Assembly (NCBI RefSeq): GCF_003428155.1 | Contig: NZ_QLIR01000003.1 | Coordinates: 60,001 to 92,000 of the forward strand | Length of the DNA: 32,000 nt | Direction of reading: 5' to 3' | Source of the DNA: Fastidiosibacter lacustris | Lineage (GTDB): Bacteria > Pseudomonadota > Gammaproteobacteria > Francisellales > Francisellaceae | In this document: in pieces, positions 18,311 through 26,943 of the stretch | How the letters are laid out: every line of letters begins with the position of its first letter | How positions within the stretch are numbered: position 1 is the first letter of the stretch | Notes under the pieces: model-generated | Databases searched by the model: none | Seen by the model: the letters and a program-made list of their open reading frames with translations, nothing else | Told to the model about the DNA's origin: nothing | Translations under genes and position numbers: made by a program

Positions 18311-18473
18311 AGATGGTACGGTAAACGGTTATTTATTGCTGGCAAAATAACGGATTTAGAGTGTAAAGTAAAGTTGTTACTTTTGCTTGTAACATTTAAA
18401 ATTAGGTATTGCAATCTAGCTTATCAAAGAACAAAAAATAATAAGGTCAATTGTATTTTTATGGTGGGTAATA

Positions 18474-19466
18474 TTACCATTGATTGTAATTTTCTTTTAC
18501 TTCCTGAATTAAGCGATGATAGTTAATCAGACGTTGCCTTGAAATTTTTCCAGATTTCACAGCTTGATCAAGTGCGCAACCCTTGGTATTTTCAAGGTGT
18601 TGACAGTTCCTAAACTGACACTTATTATCAAGTTCAATAAATTCGTTAAATCCATTAAAAATATCCGTTTCAGTAAGGTGCCAAATGCCAAACTCTCGAA
18701 TACCAGGGGAGTCAATGATATTGGTATTTTGATCTAAGTGAAACAGTCTGGCGGTGGTCGTGGTATGTTTACCACGATTATTTTGTTCGGATATTTCACC
18801 AGTTTGGGCAATTTGCTTACCAAAAAGGGCGTTGAGAGTTTCGGATTTACCTACACCAGATTGACCAACGATAATAGATGTTTTATGACTGAGCATATCT
18901 TTTAATGCTTGTAAGTTTTTATCGCATAATGCCGAGCAGCTAATGCAAATGTAGCCTAGTGTGTGATATAAAGTCATGATCTCTTTTAACTGAAGTTTGT
19001 TATCAGAATTGTCAAACAGATCCATTTTATTAAGCACAATAATTGGCGTGATTTGCATGTGCCAAGCTGCAACTAAATAGCGATCAATATAATGCTCAAT
19101 AGGAAGGGGGTTCACAGCAATCATAATGACAAGTTGATCAATATTTGCAGCCATGGTTTTATGCGTATGCGAGAGTTTACTTGGGCGAATAAGCGCATTT
19201 TTACGTGCTAAAACTTGGTAAATAATGCCATACGCACTATTAAGTTGTGGCATATAAAGCACTTTATCACCTGCGACAATGGTGCCTAAATTCTGGCGAT
19301 ATTGGCAAAAAATAGGTTGCCCATTTTCTGCCTCAACTTCAATAAACTTACCTCTGTGCGAGATAGCAAGTCCGCTCAAAATGGAAGATAAATCTTCAGA
19401 AAGTTGATTTGCTTTGTTGTTTTGAATATTTCGTAATTGCTGCTTGCTTAATTTCCGTTTGACCAT
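18474..19466 (-). CDS. rsgA: Ribosome small subunit-dependent GTPase A
   Basis: VLNKMDLF, VGQSGVGKSETLNALFG, IDSPGIREFGIW (circularly permuted GTPase order) and C-terminal zinc motif CQFRNCQHLENTKGC. Confidence 0.94.
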   Translation of the reverse strand: MVKRKLSKQQLRNIQNNKANQLSEDLSSILSGLAISHRGKFIEVEAENGQPIFCQYRQNLGTIVAGDKVLYMPQLNSAYGIIYQVLARKNALIRPSKLSHTHKTMAANIDQLVIMIAVNPLPIEHYIDRYLVAAWHMQITPIIVLNKMDLFDNSDNKLQLKEIMTLYHTLGYICISCSALCDKNLQALKDMLSHKTSIIVGQSGVGKSETLNALFGKQIAQTGEISEQNNRGKHTTTTARLFHLDQNTNIIDSPGIREFGIWHLTETDIFNGFNEFIELDNKCQFRNCQHLENTKGCALDQAVKSGKISRQRLINYHRLIQEVKENYNQW

Positions 19467-19581
19467 GCACTTGTAACGATATTGAGTAAAAAAACTTATA
19501 TTGTTGGTTAGTATAACTACATATAACTAGAATAGAAATTAAATAATAGGTTCTACTCTATGTTTTTTTAATCAATATAAA

Positions 19582-20322
19582 CTAAGCCATGTATATGCCA
19601 CCATTGACATGAATAGTTTGACCTGTGATATAACGTGCACCTTCTGATGCCAAGAATAAAACAGTTGCTGAAATATCTTTAGGTTGACCTAAAATTTGGG
19701 CAGGGATTTGCTTAATGATGGTGGCTTTTTGCTCGTTGGTAAGCTTATCAGTCATATCGGTTTGGATAAAACCAGGTGCAACAACATTAACTGTAATATT
19801 GCGAGAGGCAATTTCTTGAGCTAATGATTTAGAAAAACCAATAACGCCAGCTTTACTTGCACAATAGTTAGCTTGTCCTGGATTGCCAGAAGTACCAACA
19901 ACAGAGCCAATCGTAATAATACGACCCCAGCGTTTTTTTATCATATGACGAATTCCTGCTTTTGAAATATTAAATACTGAATCCAAGTTGGTGCGAATGA
20001 CATCTAACCAGTCTTCTTCAGACAAGCGCATCGTGAGATTATCCTTTGTGATACCAGCATTATTAATAATAATATCAGGATGACCTGTGTTATCTTTCAT
20101 CCAGTTAAAAGCAACTTCAATTTCAGCGGTATTCGTAACATTTAGCTTTAAGCCATAACATTTACCATGTTGTTGCAAGCTTTCAGTGATTTGTTGTGCT
20201 CCAGTTTCTGAGGTGGCAGTGCCTATGACTATAGCACCTTGTTCGGCGAAATTTTTAGCAATCGCAGCGCCAATTCCACGGCTAGCACCAGTAACGAACA
20301 CGATTTTGTTTTTAAAATCCAT
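19582..20322 (-). CDS. fabG: 3-oxoacyl-ACP reductase FabG
   Basis: VTGASRGIGAAIA, NNAGITKDNLTMRL, YCASKAGVIGFSKSLAQE, VAPGFIQTDMTD, GQTIHVNGGIYM. Confidence 0.95.
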   Translation of the reverse strand: MDFKNKIVFVTGASRGIGAAIAKNFAEQGAIVIGTATSETGAQQITESLQQHGKCYGLKLNVTNTAEIEVAFNWMKDNTGHPDIIINNAGITKDNLTMRLSEEDWLDVIRTNLDSVFNISKAGIRHMIKKRWGRIITIGSVVGTSGNPGQANYCASKAGVIGFSKSLAQEIASRNITVNVVAPGFIQTDMTDKLTNEQKATIIKQIPAQILGQPKDISATVLFLASEGARYITGQTIHVNGGIYMA

Positions 20323-20343
20323 AATTTATCCTTGTATTTAGTT

Positions 20344-21279
20344 TTATGCTTTTACTTGTTCAATGAGTTTTTCAAATGTATCAACTGTTGAAGTGTCATA
20401 ATAGTTAAGCTCTTTAATAATGCGCTTATTTAAGCCAGTTAATACTTTACTGGCACCACATTCAATCACAGTATTTATTCCATCTTTAGCCATTTGTTCA
20501 ATAGTTTGAGTCCACTTAACAGGGCAATACAACTGTTTGATTAAGGTGTGTTTAATTTCTTTAACATCAGTATGTGAGACAACGTCATAATTATGTAATA
20601 CTTTTATTTCAGGTTTTTTAATATTTATTTTATCTAACGCAATGGCAAACTTTTTTGCAGCTTCCTTCATTAAAGAGCAGTGAGAAGGCACGCTCACTGG
20701 TAAAATTTGTGCACGCTTAGCTCCCATTTTCTTGGCGATTTCATTAGCTCTTTCGACGGCTTGAAGCTCACCTGAAATAACGACTTGACCTTGCGAGTTA
20801 AAGTTAGCTGGTTCGACGATACCCATATCGTTTGCGGTATTGCAGCATTCTATGACTTGCTCATTAGTCAATCCTAAAATGGCACTCATTGCACAAGCCT
20901 TGTCTGTAACAGCAGATTGCATTAGTTGCCCGCGAAGTTGAACAAGCTTCAAAGCATCAGAAAACTGAATACCATTAGCTGCACATAATGCTGAATATTC
21001 ACCTAAACTGTGACCAGCTAAAACATTGGCTTGAGTATTACTGTGTATCGATAAAATACGCCAAATTGCGATACTTGCAGCAAGTATCGCAGGTTGAGTG
21101 TATTCAGTTTTATTGAGCTTTTCTTCGTCATTTTGAATAATTTCCCACAGATCAAATTGAAGTGTGTCATTTGCTTCAGCAAACGTTTTTCTAACTTCAT
21201 CAAATTGCTGATAGTAATCGCTTAACATTCCAATCTTTTGTGAACCCTGACCTGGGAAAACAATTGCAGTATGCGTCAT
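20344..21279 (-). CDS. fabD: [acyl-carrier-protein] S-malonyltransferase FabD
   Basis: FPGQGSQKIGML, LAGHSLGEYSALCAA, PVSVPSHCSLM motifs. Confidence 0.94.
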   Translation of the reverse strand: MTHTAIVFPGQGSQKIGMLSDYYQQFDEVRKTFAEANDTLQFDLWEIIQNDEEKLNKTEYTQPAILAASIAIWRILSIHSNTQANVLAGHSLGEYSALCAANGIQFSDALKLVQLRGQLMQSAVTDKACAMSAILGLTNEQVIECCNTANDMGIVEPANFNSQGQVVISGELQAVERANEIAKKMGAKRAQILPVSVPSHCSLMKEAAKKFAIALDKINIKKPEIKVLHNYDVVSHTDVKEIKHTLIKQLYCPVKWTQTIEQMAKDGINTVIECGASKVLTGLNKRIIKELNYYDTSTVDTFEKLIEQVKA

Positions 21280-21447
21280 AACTTAATTCCTGTAGTTTAA
21301 AATACGTAATTATGCTAGTGAATTTTACGCCAATCTTCAAAAGGTTTATTTGTTTAAACTTTAATTTAAGGCTTGGTAGTATTTTAGGCAGCACGACAGC
21401 TTGATTAGGCAATAAAATGCACTAAACATCTATCAGTATTTGAAAAC

Positions 21448-21897
21448 TTAAGGTTTTGCTAAAAGATAATCCTCTAAATTGCCTTTGATTTTAAGCTCAG
21501 ATATAGCAAAACGTGCGGCTGAAATACCAATCTTGTGAACACTGTTTTTATCTTGAGTGATAAGTGGATGCCAACTGGGCAAATTTTTGCCTTGATATAG
21601 GCGTTTGTAAGCGCAACTATTAGGCAACCAATGTTGAGCATGTCGTAGGTGATAGACATCTAACTGTAAACAGTTAGGTACAAGTTGTTTGCGTTTTGGA
21701 TAATTGCTGCACTGACATGTTTTACAATCTAATAATTTACAAGCAACCTTGGTGTAATAGATTTCATTGGTTTCATCATCTTGCAGTTTATGTAAACAAC
21801 AAAGCCCACAACCGTCACATAGCGCTTCCCATTCAGAAGCTGTCATGTCAGAAAGAGCAATTTTTTGCCAGAAGTTTGGGCGTAGGGTTTGGGACAT
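21448..21897 (-). CDS. YcgN family cysteine cluster protein
   Basis: SQTLRPNFWQKIALSDMTASEWEALCDGCGLCCLHKL...CKLLDCKTCQCSNYPKR. SD-like GAAAGG upstream of the ATG at 21897 supports the shorter start. Confidence 0.87.
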   Translation of the reverse strand: MSQTLRPNFWQKIALSDMTASEWEALCDGCGLCCLHKLQDDETNEIYYTKVACKLLDCKTCQCSNYPKRKQLVPNCLQLDVYHLRHAQHWLPNSCAYKRLYQGKNLPSWHPLITQDKNSVHKIGISAARFAISELKIKGNLEDYLLAKP

Positions 21898-21898
21898 G

Positions 21899-22870
21899 TT
21901 AATGTGTCCTTTCAACAGCAATATGTGCTAAGGCAATAAGTGCTTCTTTATAAGAAGAATGAGCTAAATTTTCAATTGCATCAATCGCTTTTTGTGCTGC
22001 ATCTTGTGCTTTGCCTATGGCATATTCAATGGCGCCACTTTGTTTAATAATATTAATGATTTTATCCATTTGTGGGTGGTGACCTTGCTCTATTGCATTA
22101 CGGATAAGATTAGCATCTGTATTATTGGCATTTCGTAGTGCATATATTACAGGTAGTGTGGTTTTGCCTTCGGTAAGGTCATCACCGATGTTTTTACCCA
22201 AAGTGTCTACATCAGAGATATAGTCTAAGATGTCATCTGCAATTTGAAAGGCGTTGCCTAAATTCATGCCATAGTTGTGGAGTGCTTGTTTTTCGATGCT
22301 ATTGGCTTTTGCAATAATGCTTGCTACATCACATGCTGCTTCAAAAAGTTTAGCTGTTTTGCAATAGATTACTTGCATATACCCATCTTCTGTAACATTA
22401 GGGTTATGACAGTTCAATAATTGTAAAACTTCGCCTTCTGCGATTTTATTAGTGGCATCTGCGAGTATTTGCATAATTGATATTTCATTTAACTCAACCA
22501 TCATCTGAAAGGCGCGTGAATAAAGAAAGTCACCAGTAAGAACTGAAGCGGCATTACCAAAAACATTATTAGCAGTTTGTTTACCACGACGCATATCAGA
22601 TTCATCAACAACATCATCATGTAAAAGCGTTGCAGTATGAATAAACTCAATAATGGCTGCGGCTTTGGTGTGAGCTTGACCTTGATAGTTAAGGGCTCGC
22701 GCAACAAGCATGAGTAATAATGGGCGCAAACGCTTACCACCACTGTGAATAATATGTTGACTGATTTGATTAATTAAAACAACATCAGAAGCAAGTTGTT
22801 CAACGATGACATCGTTATTTTGCTCAGTATCATAAGTAATGAGTTGTTGAATTTGTTTTAGGTTTAACAT
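21899..22870 (-). CDS. ispB: Polyprenyl (octaprenyl) diphosphate synthase
   Basis: GGKRLRPLLLML, LLHDDVVDESDMRRG and GNAFQIADDILDY motifs. Confidence 0.93.
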   Translation of the reverse strand: MLNLKQIQQLITYDTEQNNDVIVEQLASDVVLINQISQHIIHSGGKRLRPLLLMLVARALNYQGQAHTKAAAIIEFIHTATLLHDDVVDESDMRRGKQTANNVFGNAASVLTGDFLYSRAFQMMVELNEISIMQILADATNKIAEGEVLQLLNCHNPNVTEDGYMQVIYCKTAKLFEAACDVASIIAKANSIEKQALHNYGMNLGNAFQIADDILDYISDVDTLGKNIGDDLTEGKTTLPVIYALRNANNTDANLIRNAIEQGHHPQMDKIINIIKQSGAIEYAIGKAQDAAQKAIDAIENLAHSSYKEALIALAHIAVERTH

Positions 22871-22936
22871 TCTTTTTTTTCTTAAATATATCGCTAACCG
22901 AGAGCATAAAGTGATGATAAGTTTGCGTCAAGTAGA

Positions 22937-24286
22937 TTACTGGAAGTGGCGATGTAAAAATGAACCAAAGAGAGTAGTGACAATAAGAGATAAAATAAAT
23001 ATAACAAGCATGGTCAACCAGTTCGTTACAACCCAGATATTGTAAATCTTTTGAATAAAAGCACTTAGGATAATACTAGGTGCAATCAAACGTAAGCTTA
23101 GATTATAAATAGCAGATAGTTTAATTTGTGTTGCTTTTTGTAACTGATAACTGAGTCTTTGGGCATCAAAAATCCAACCAAAAATTAATATTTCTATATA
23201 AGTAATTACAAAGATTAGGTTTATTATTAGCTCCGATTGGATTATTTGTTTAAACTCATCTTTTACGATGTGCTGATAGATGATAACAGCAGCAAGTAAT
23301 AGAATAAAAAAGGGTAGATACACATACCATTTTGTGTTTTTGATATTTTGAGTGACAAGTCCTTTAAAAGTTTGGCATAGTAAAATTGCAGCAGTTAACA
23401 AGCAGAAGAAAAATAAACCAAATGCAAGTAAATTCAATGTGTAGGCATATTCAAAGCCTAAAATCTCAGAAGCAGATTTGGTGCTTTTAACATAAAAGTT
23501 TTGAATAAGCATAATCACAATCGCTGCAATAACACTGCCAATAATAAATATCCAGCTAAAGCGACGAATAGAGCATTGTGCAGTAAGATAGGTGCCAAAA
23601 ACAGTATTGATCCCTAAACCAATGAGACCTGAGAATAATGCAAGGGTTAAAGCATTTATCCAGACCTGTTGTTTGGTCAAAAGAGAAAAATTTGGGATGA
23701 AGAAATCAGTGGTGATTACACCTGCTTTAAAGGTGATTGAATTCATAATAAATAACCCAATTAAGCAGGCGATACCAAGAGTGGAAAAAGCAGCACTTAG
23801 ATTTAAAAAACGCTTAGCCGTTTGAGTAATAAACAAAATAACGATCATCAAAACACTCAACGCAACACTAATTGTCAAAGCATACTGATGGATTATATAA
23901 AGCGTTTTTTCAGGTGAGTGGTCCATGTACCAGTGACTTGTATAGACTAGGCTTGTGGTTAGTAAACTCATATTGTTAATAACAATGATAAGTATCAAGC
24001 CAGCAAGCAGCAAAGAGAGAAGACTCACAAACCGTAATCGGTTAGATTTTGTCATGTAGTGTAAACTTCCAGAAAGCTTTTTCTTACTTAAAAAACCGGA
24101 TATAGATTCCGATATCAAAACAGGCATGCTAATAAAAACTAGCATCAGAATATAAGCAAAAATAAAACTGATATTGTTATACTCGATTGGGTATTTGCTA
24201 ATTTGTGAATATAAAAACAAACCAATTGCGGCAGCAACAATAATCAACGAGTAAAGTGCTGAACGGATAGATGATATTTGGTTCAT
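22937..24286 (-). CDS. Highly divergent SNF (sodium:neurotransmitter symporter)/LeuT-fold-like membrane protein
   Basis: About 12 hydrophobic segments. Resemblance to SNF landmarks: FIFAYILMLVFISMPVLISES (TM2), ITTDFFIPNFSLLTKQQVWINALTLALFSGLIGLGINTVFGTYL (TM6 region), FDAQRLSYQL and YNLSLRLIAPSIILSAFI (C-terminal). Start at 24286 has an ACAGGA SD-like sequence. Confidence 0.6.
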   Translation of the reverse strand: MNQISSIRSALYSLIIVAAAIGLFLYSQISKYPIEYNNISFIFAYILMLVFISMPVLISESISGFLSKKKLSGSLHYMTKSNRLRFVSLLSLLLAGLILIIVINNMSLLTTSLVYTSHWYMDHSPEKTLYIIHQYALTISVALSVLMIVILFITQTAKRFLNLSAAFSTLGIACLIGLFIMNSITFKAGVITTDFFIPNFSLLTKQQVWINALTLALFSGLIGLGINTVFGTYLTAQCSIRRFSWIFIIGSVIAAIVIMLIQNFYVKSTKSASEILGFEYAYTLNLLAFGLFFFCLLTAAILLCQTFKGLVTQNIKNTKWYVYLPFFILLLAAVIIYQHIVKDEFKQIIQSELIINLIFVITYIEILIFGWIFDAQRLSYQLQKATQIKLSAIYNLSLRLIAPSIILSAFIQKIYNIWVVTNWLTMLVIFILSLIVTTLFGSFLHRHFQ

Positions 24287-24486
24287 ATGAATTCCTGTAA
24301 ATAATAATGTCCTTATGATAGCAATCTCATTTTGCTTGTCATCTAAAACCAACTAATATTTATCGCTATACTTATAGCCATCTATTGGATGTTTTACTAT
24401 GAAATACTGTTTTCCTTTATAAGGGTGATCAACTTATGTGATCATCAAAGTTTGTAGTAATTATTTAATTTAAAAGAGATATAAAG

Positions 24487-25530
24487 ATGACTCTAGGTAG
24501 TAACGTTTATTCTTCGATCAACGCAATTAAAGCGGTTATAGCTACTGTAATTGGCTATTTAGTAGGGTGCTGGCTTGGGTTTTGGTTAGATGTGCCAGAA
24601 ATGTATGCTTGGATTGTGGTAACAATATTGGTTGTAATGTCAAGCCAACCTAATTTAGGTGGTGCGCTTGAGAAGGCAAAAATGCGATTTCTAGGTACTA
24701 TTGTTGCGACATTATGTTCAATTGTGATTTTATTATTAATGCCAGGCTTTCCCATTTGGCAGATGATGTTGGGGCTGTGTTTAATTGCTGTTGGTGTCTT
24801 TACTGCAACGGCATCGACTAAATATATGTACGCTGGTGTGTTAGGTGCTATTACTATAGCAATTATTTTATTTGGTAGTCGTGCGAGTTTAGAGATTGCA
24901 ATTTATCGAGCATCAGAAGTGTTCATTGGTATTACAATTGCTATTATCGTTAATCGTTATCTTTTTCCAATACGTGCCAGTAGACGCATATATCAGTCTT
25001 TTTCACAGAGTATGATGTGCATCAATAAATTGCATCAAAAGTTATTTGTAGGTGATGATCATGAAGACATCCTGGTGGAGATTTTTACACACTTTTCAAA
25101 ACAGATCACCTTGCAAAAGGAAATTGTATATGAGAAAGAAAAAATCCATTTAAAGCAGTACAAGGCAACAACGCGTTATTTACGTCAACTTTATCGTTAT
25201 ACTTGTGTGATATATGAGTATATCAATCGGTATCCCAAAAAAAGAGAACGCTTTGCTAATAGTAATGAGTTTAAAGCATTACATGAGGCAATTAGAGTAC
25301 TTTTTGAGAAGATAAGCAATAGCTTTAAACAACAAAAGTTCGATGATTATAGTGATGATTTTAAGTGCTTAACCAAGTTATTAGCAGCATTTACAGAAAC
25401 CCTTAATATACAAGTGGAATTTCGTTATGCAAGCACCTTAATTTTTTCATTGAATATGATAGTTGATACTTTGCAGGCAATTGAAAAAACACAAAATTTA
25501 AAAACAGATAGTTTGCAAAATCATTCGTGA
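24487..25530 (+). CDS. FUSC / aromatic acid exporter-like membrane protein
   Basis: INAIKAVIATVIGYLVGCWLGF...WIVVTILVVMSSQPNLGGALEKAKMRFLGTIVA, and GITIAIIVNRYLFPIRASRRI followed by a long cytoplasmic helical region. Confidence 0.78.
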   Translation: MTLGSNVYSSINAIKAVIATVIGYLVGCWLGFWLDVPEMYAWIVVTILVVMSSQPNLGGALEKAKMRFLGTIVATLCSIVILLLMPGFPIWQMMLGLCLIAVGVFTATASTKYMYAGVLGAITIAIILFGSRASLEIAIYRASEVFIGITIAIIVNRYLFPIRASRRIYQSFSQSMMCINKLHQKLFVGDDHEDILVEIFTHFSKQITLQKEIVYEKEKIHLKQYKATTRYLRQLYRYTCVIYEYINRYPKKRERFANSNEFKALHEAIRVLFEKISNSFKQQKFDDYSDDFKCLTKLLAAFTETLNIQVEFRYASTLIFSLNMIVDTLQAIEKTQNLKTDSLQNHS

Positions 25531-26777
25531 TGTATATACCTAATTTTGACAAGTTTGATCATATTGTTTTCTACTTTTTTTACTTCAACAACATAATCAT
25601 TTATTTTAAGACAACAATTCCCAATGGGAATTTCTCGCAGTTCATCGATGATAAAACCAGAGATTGTTTTCGCGCCGTGAGTAGGCAAATGCAAGTGCAA
25701 GTGGCGGTTAATCTCGCGAATGGTTGTATCTCCTGTCGTGGTATGTGTATTGTCAGAGCCAATTTTGATATGGGTTTCTAAGTTATAGGTATCGGCAAAC
25801 TCACCAACAATTTCTTCAATGATATCTTCAACGGTTATAATACCTTCGATTTCACCATATTCATTAACAACAGTAGCAAAACGCATACCTTTCTTTTGAA
25901 AGTCAATCAATTGAGTTTGAATAGAGATATTGTCAGGTGTGTAATAAGGTTCATTGAGTAAGCTTAAAATTTCTTCATAAGTGGGGGTGTCATCTTTGGT
26001 GATGAATTTCAAAGCTTCTCTTGTTAAAATGATGCCTGCAATATTTTCGATCGTATCATAGCATGCGATTAAGATAGAATGCTTAGCATTGACGATTTGT
26101 TTGATGATGTTGTTAATATCTAAGCTTAAGTTAATGCATTCAACTTTGTGATGTGGAATCATGACATCGGATACTTTAATTTGGTTGAGCTCCAACACAC
26201 CAAGCAGCATGTTTTTGTTTCGGGGTCCTAATTTGCTTTTTGAGTCATGAACAACAGAGTGAATTTCATCGCTGCTTAATGGTTCACTGGTTTCTTTGTG
26301 TTTAATTTTAAGACCACATAATCTAAATAAGATATTAACAAAGCTATTTAATAACCATACCAGTGGATAGAAAAGCATAAGTAGCAGCCACAATATAGGT
26401 GAGGCAGGAAAAGCAAGTTGCTCTGGAAATACGGCTGCCAAGGTTTTAGGAATAATCTCACCAAATAACAAAATAATAATGGTCAAGCTAATGGTTGAAA
26501 CCACAAGTCCAATTTGACCAAAGCTCTGCTCAGCATAGCTTGTTAGTATGGCAGACGCAATAATATTAGCAAATGTATTACCTACTAAAATCATACCAAG
26601 TAAGCGATCAGGGCGTTTAATTAAATTTAAACTGCGTTTTGCTGCCTTATTTTTGCGCTTTGCAAGATGACGTAGCTTATATTTATTAAGCGACATCATT
26701 GCGGTTTCAGAAGCAGAAAAAAACGCAGAACATAAAATTAATAGAGCCAAAGCAATCAAAGTGAGGTTAATATCCAT
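25521..26777 (-). CDS. HlyC/CorC (CNNM + CBS domain) family protein, YfjD-like
   Basis: N-terminal DUF21/CNNM (FFSASETAMMSLNKYKLRHLAKR, GNTFANIIAS, LLFGEIIPKTLA), CBS pair (VSDVMIPHHKV, EYGEIEGIITVEDIIEEIVGEFADTY) and a CorC_HlyC C-terminal domain (GAKTISGFIIDELREIP). Confidence 0.92.
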   Translation of the reverse strand: MDINLTLIALALLILCSAFFSASETAMMSLNKYKLRHLAKRKNKAAKRSLNLIKRPDRLLGMILVGNTFANIIASAILTSYAEQSFGQIGLVVSTISLTIIILLFGEIIPKTLAAVFPEQLAFPASPILWLLLMLFYPLVWLLNSFVNILFRLCGLKIKHKETSEPLSSDEIHSVVHDSKSKLGPRNKNMLLGVLELNQIKVSDVMIPHHKVECINLSLDINNIIKQIVNAKHSILIACYDTIENIAGIILTREALKFITKDDTPTYEEILSLLNEPYYTPDNISIQTQLIDFQKKGMRFATVVNEYGEIEGIITVEDIIEEIVGEFADTYNLETHIKIGSDNTHTTTGDTTIREINRHLHLHLPTHGAKTISGFIIDELREIPIGNCCLKINDYVVEVKKVENNMIKLVKIRYIHHE

Positions 26778-26895
26778 AACAAAATCTATGTACAAGTTAG
26801 GTTAATCTGGTGCTAATCATAGCAAGTGTTAATTGAGCAATCAGTATTTTTGTGGGCAATTTTTCGCAAATGGGTGAAAAGTTTTACGTGCGTGA

Positions 26896-26901
26896 TATAA
26901 T
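26896..26901 (+). promoter_or_regulatory. Candidate -10 box for guaA
   Basis: TATAAT preceded by TGA (TGATATAAT), 43 bp before the guaA ATG; no good -35 hexamer seen. Confidence 0.35.
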
Positions 26902-26943
26902 CGCCTGAAAATTTTGAATAAGGCTTAGGGCAATCTTTTAGTC

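Noticed and set aside
18266-18526. 86-aa + strand ORF overlapping ygfZ start and rsgA end
   Set aside because: Spans the intergenic gap antisense to both neighbours; no recognisable domain. Could be re-examined with RNA-seq but not supported here.
21696-21902. 68-aa + strand ORF antisense to the cysteine cluster gene
   Set aside because: Cys/His content simply mirrors the opposite-strand gene; shadow ORF.
23592-23825. 77-aa + strand ORF inside the SNF-like gene
   Set aside because: Antisense shadow ORF of a membrane-protein gene.
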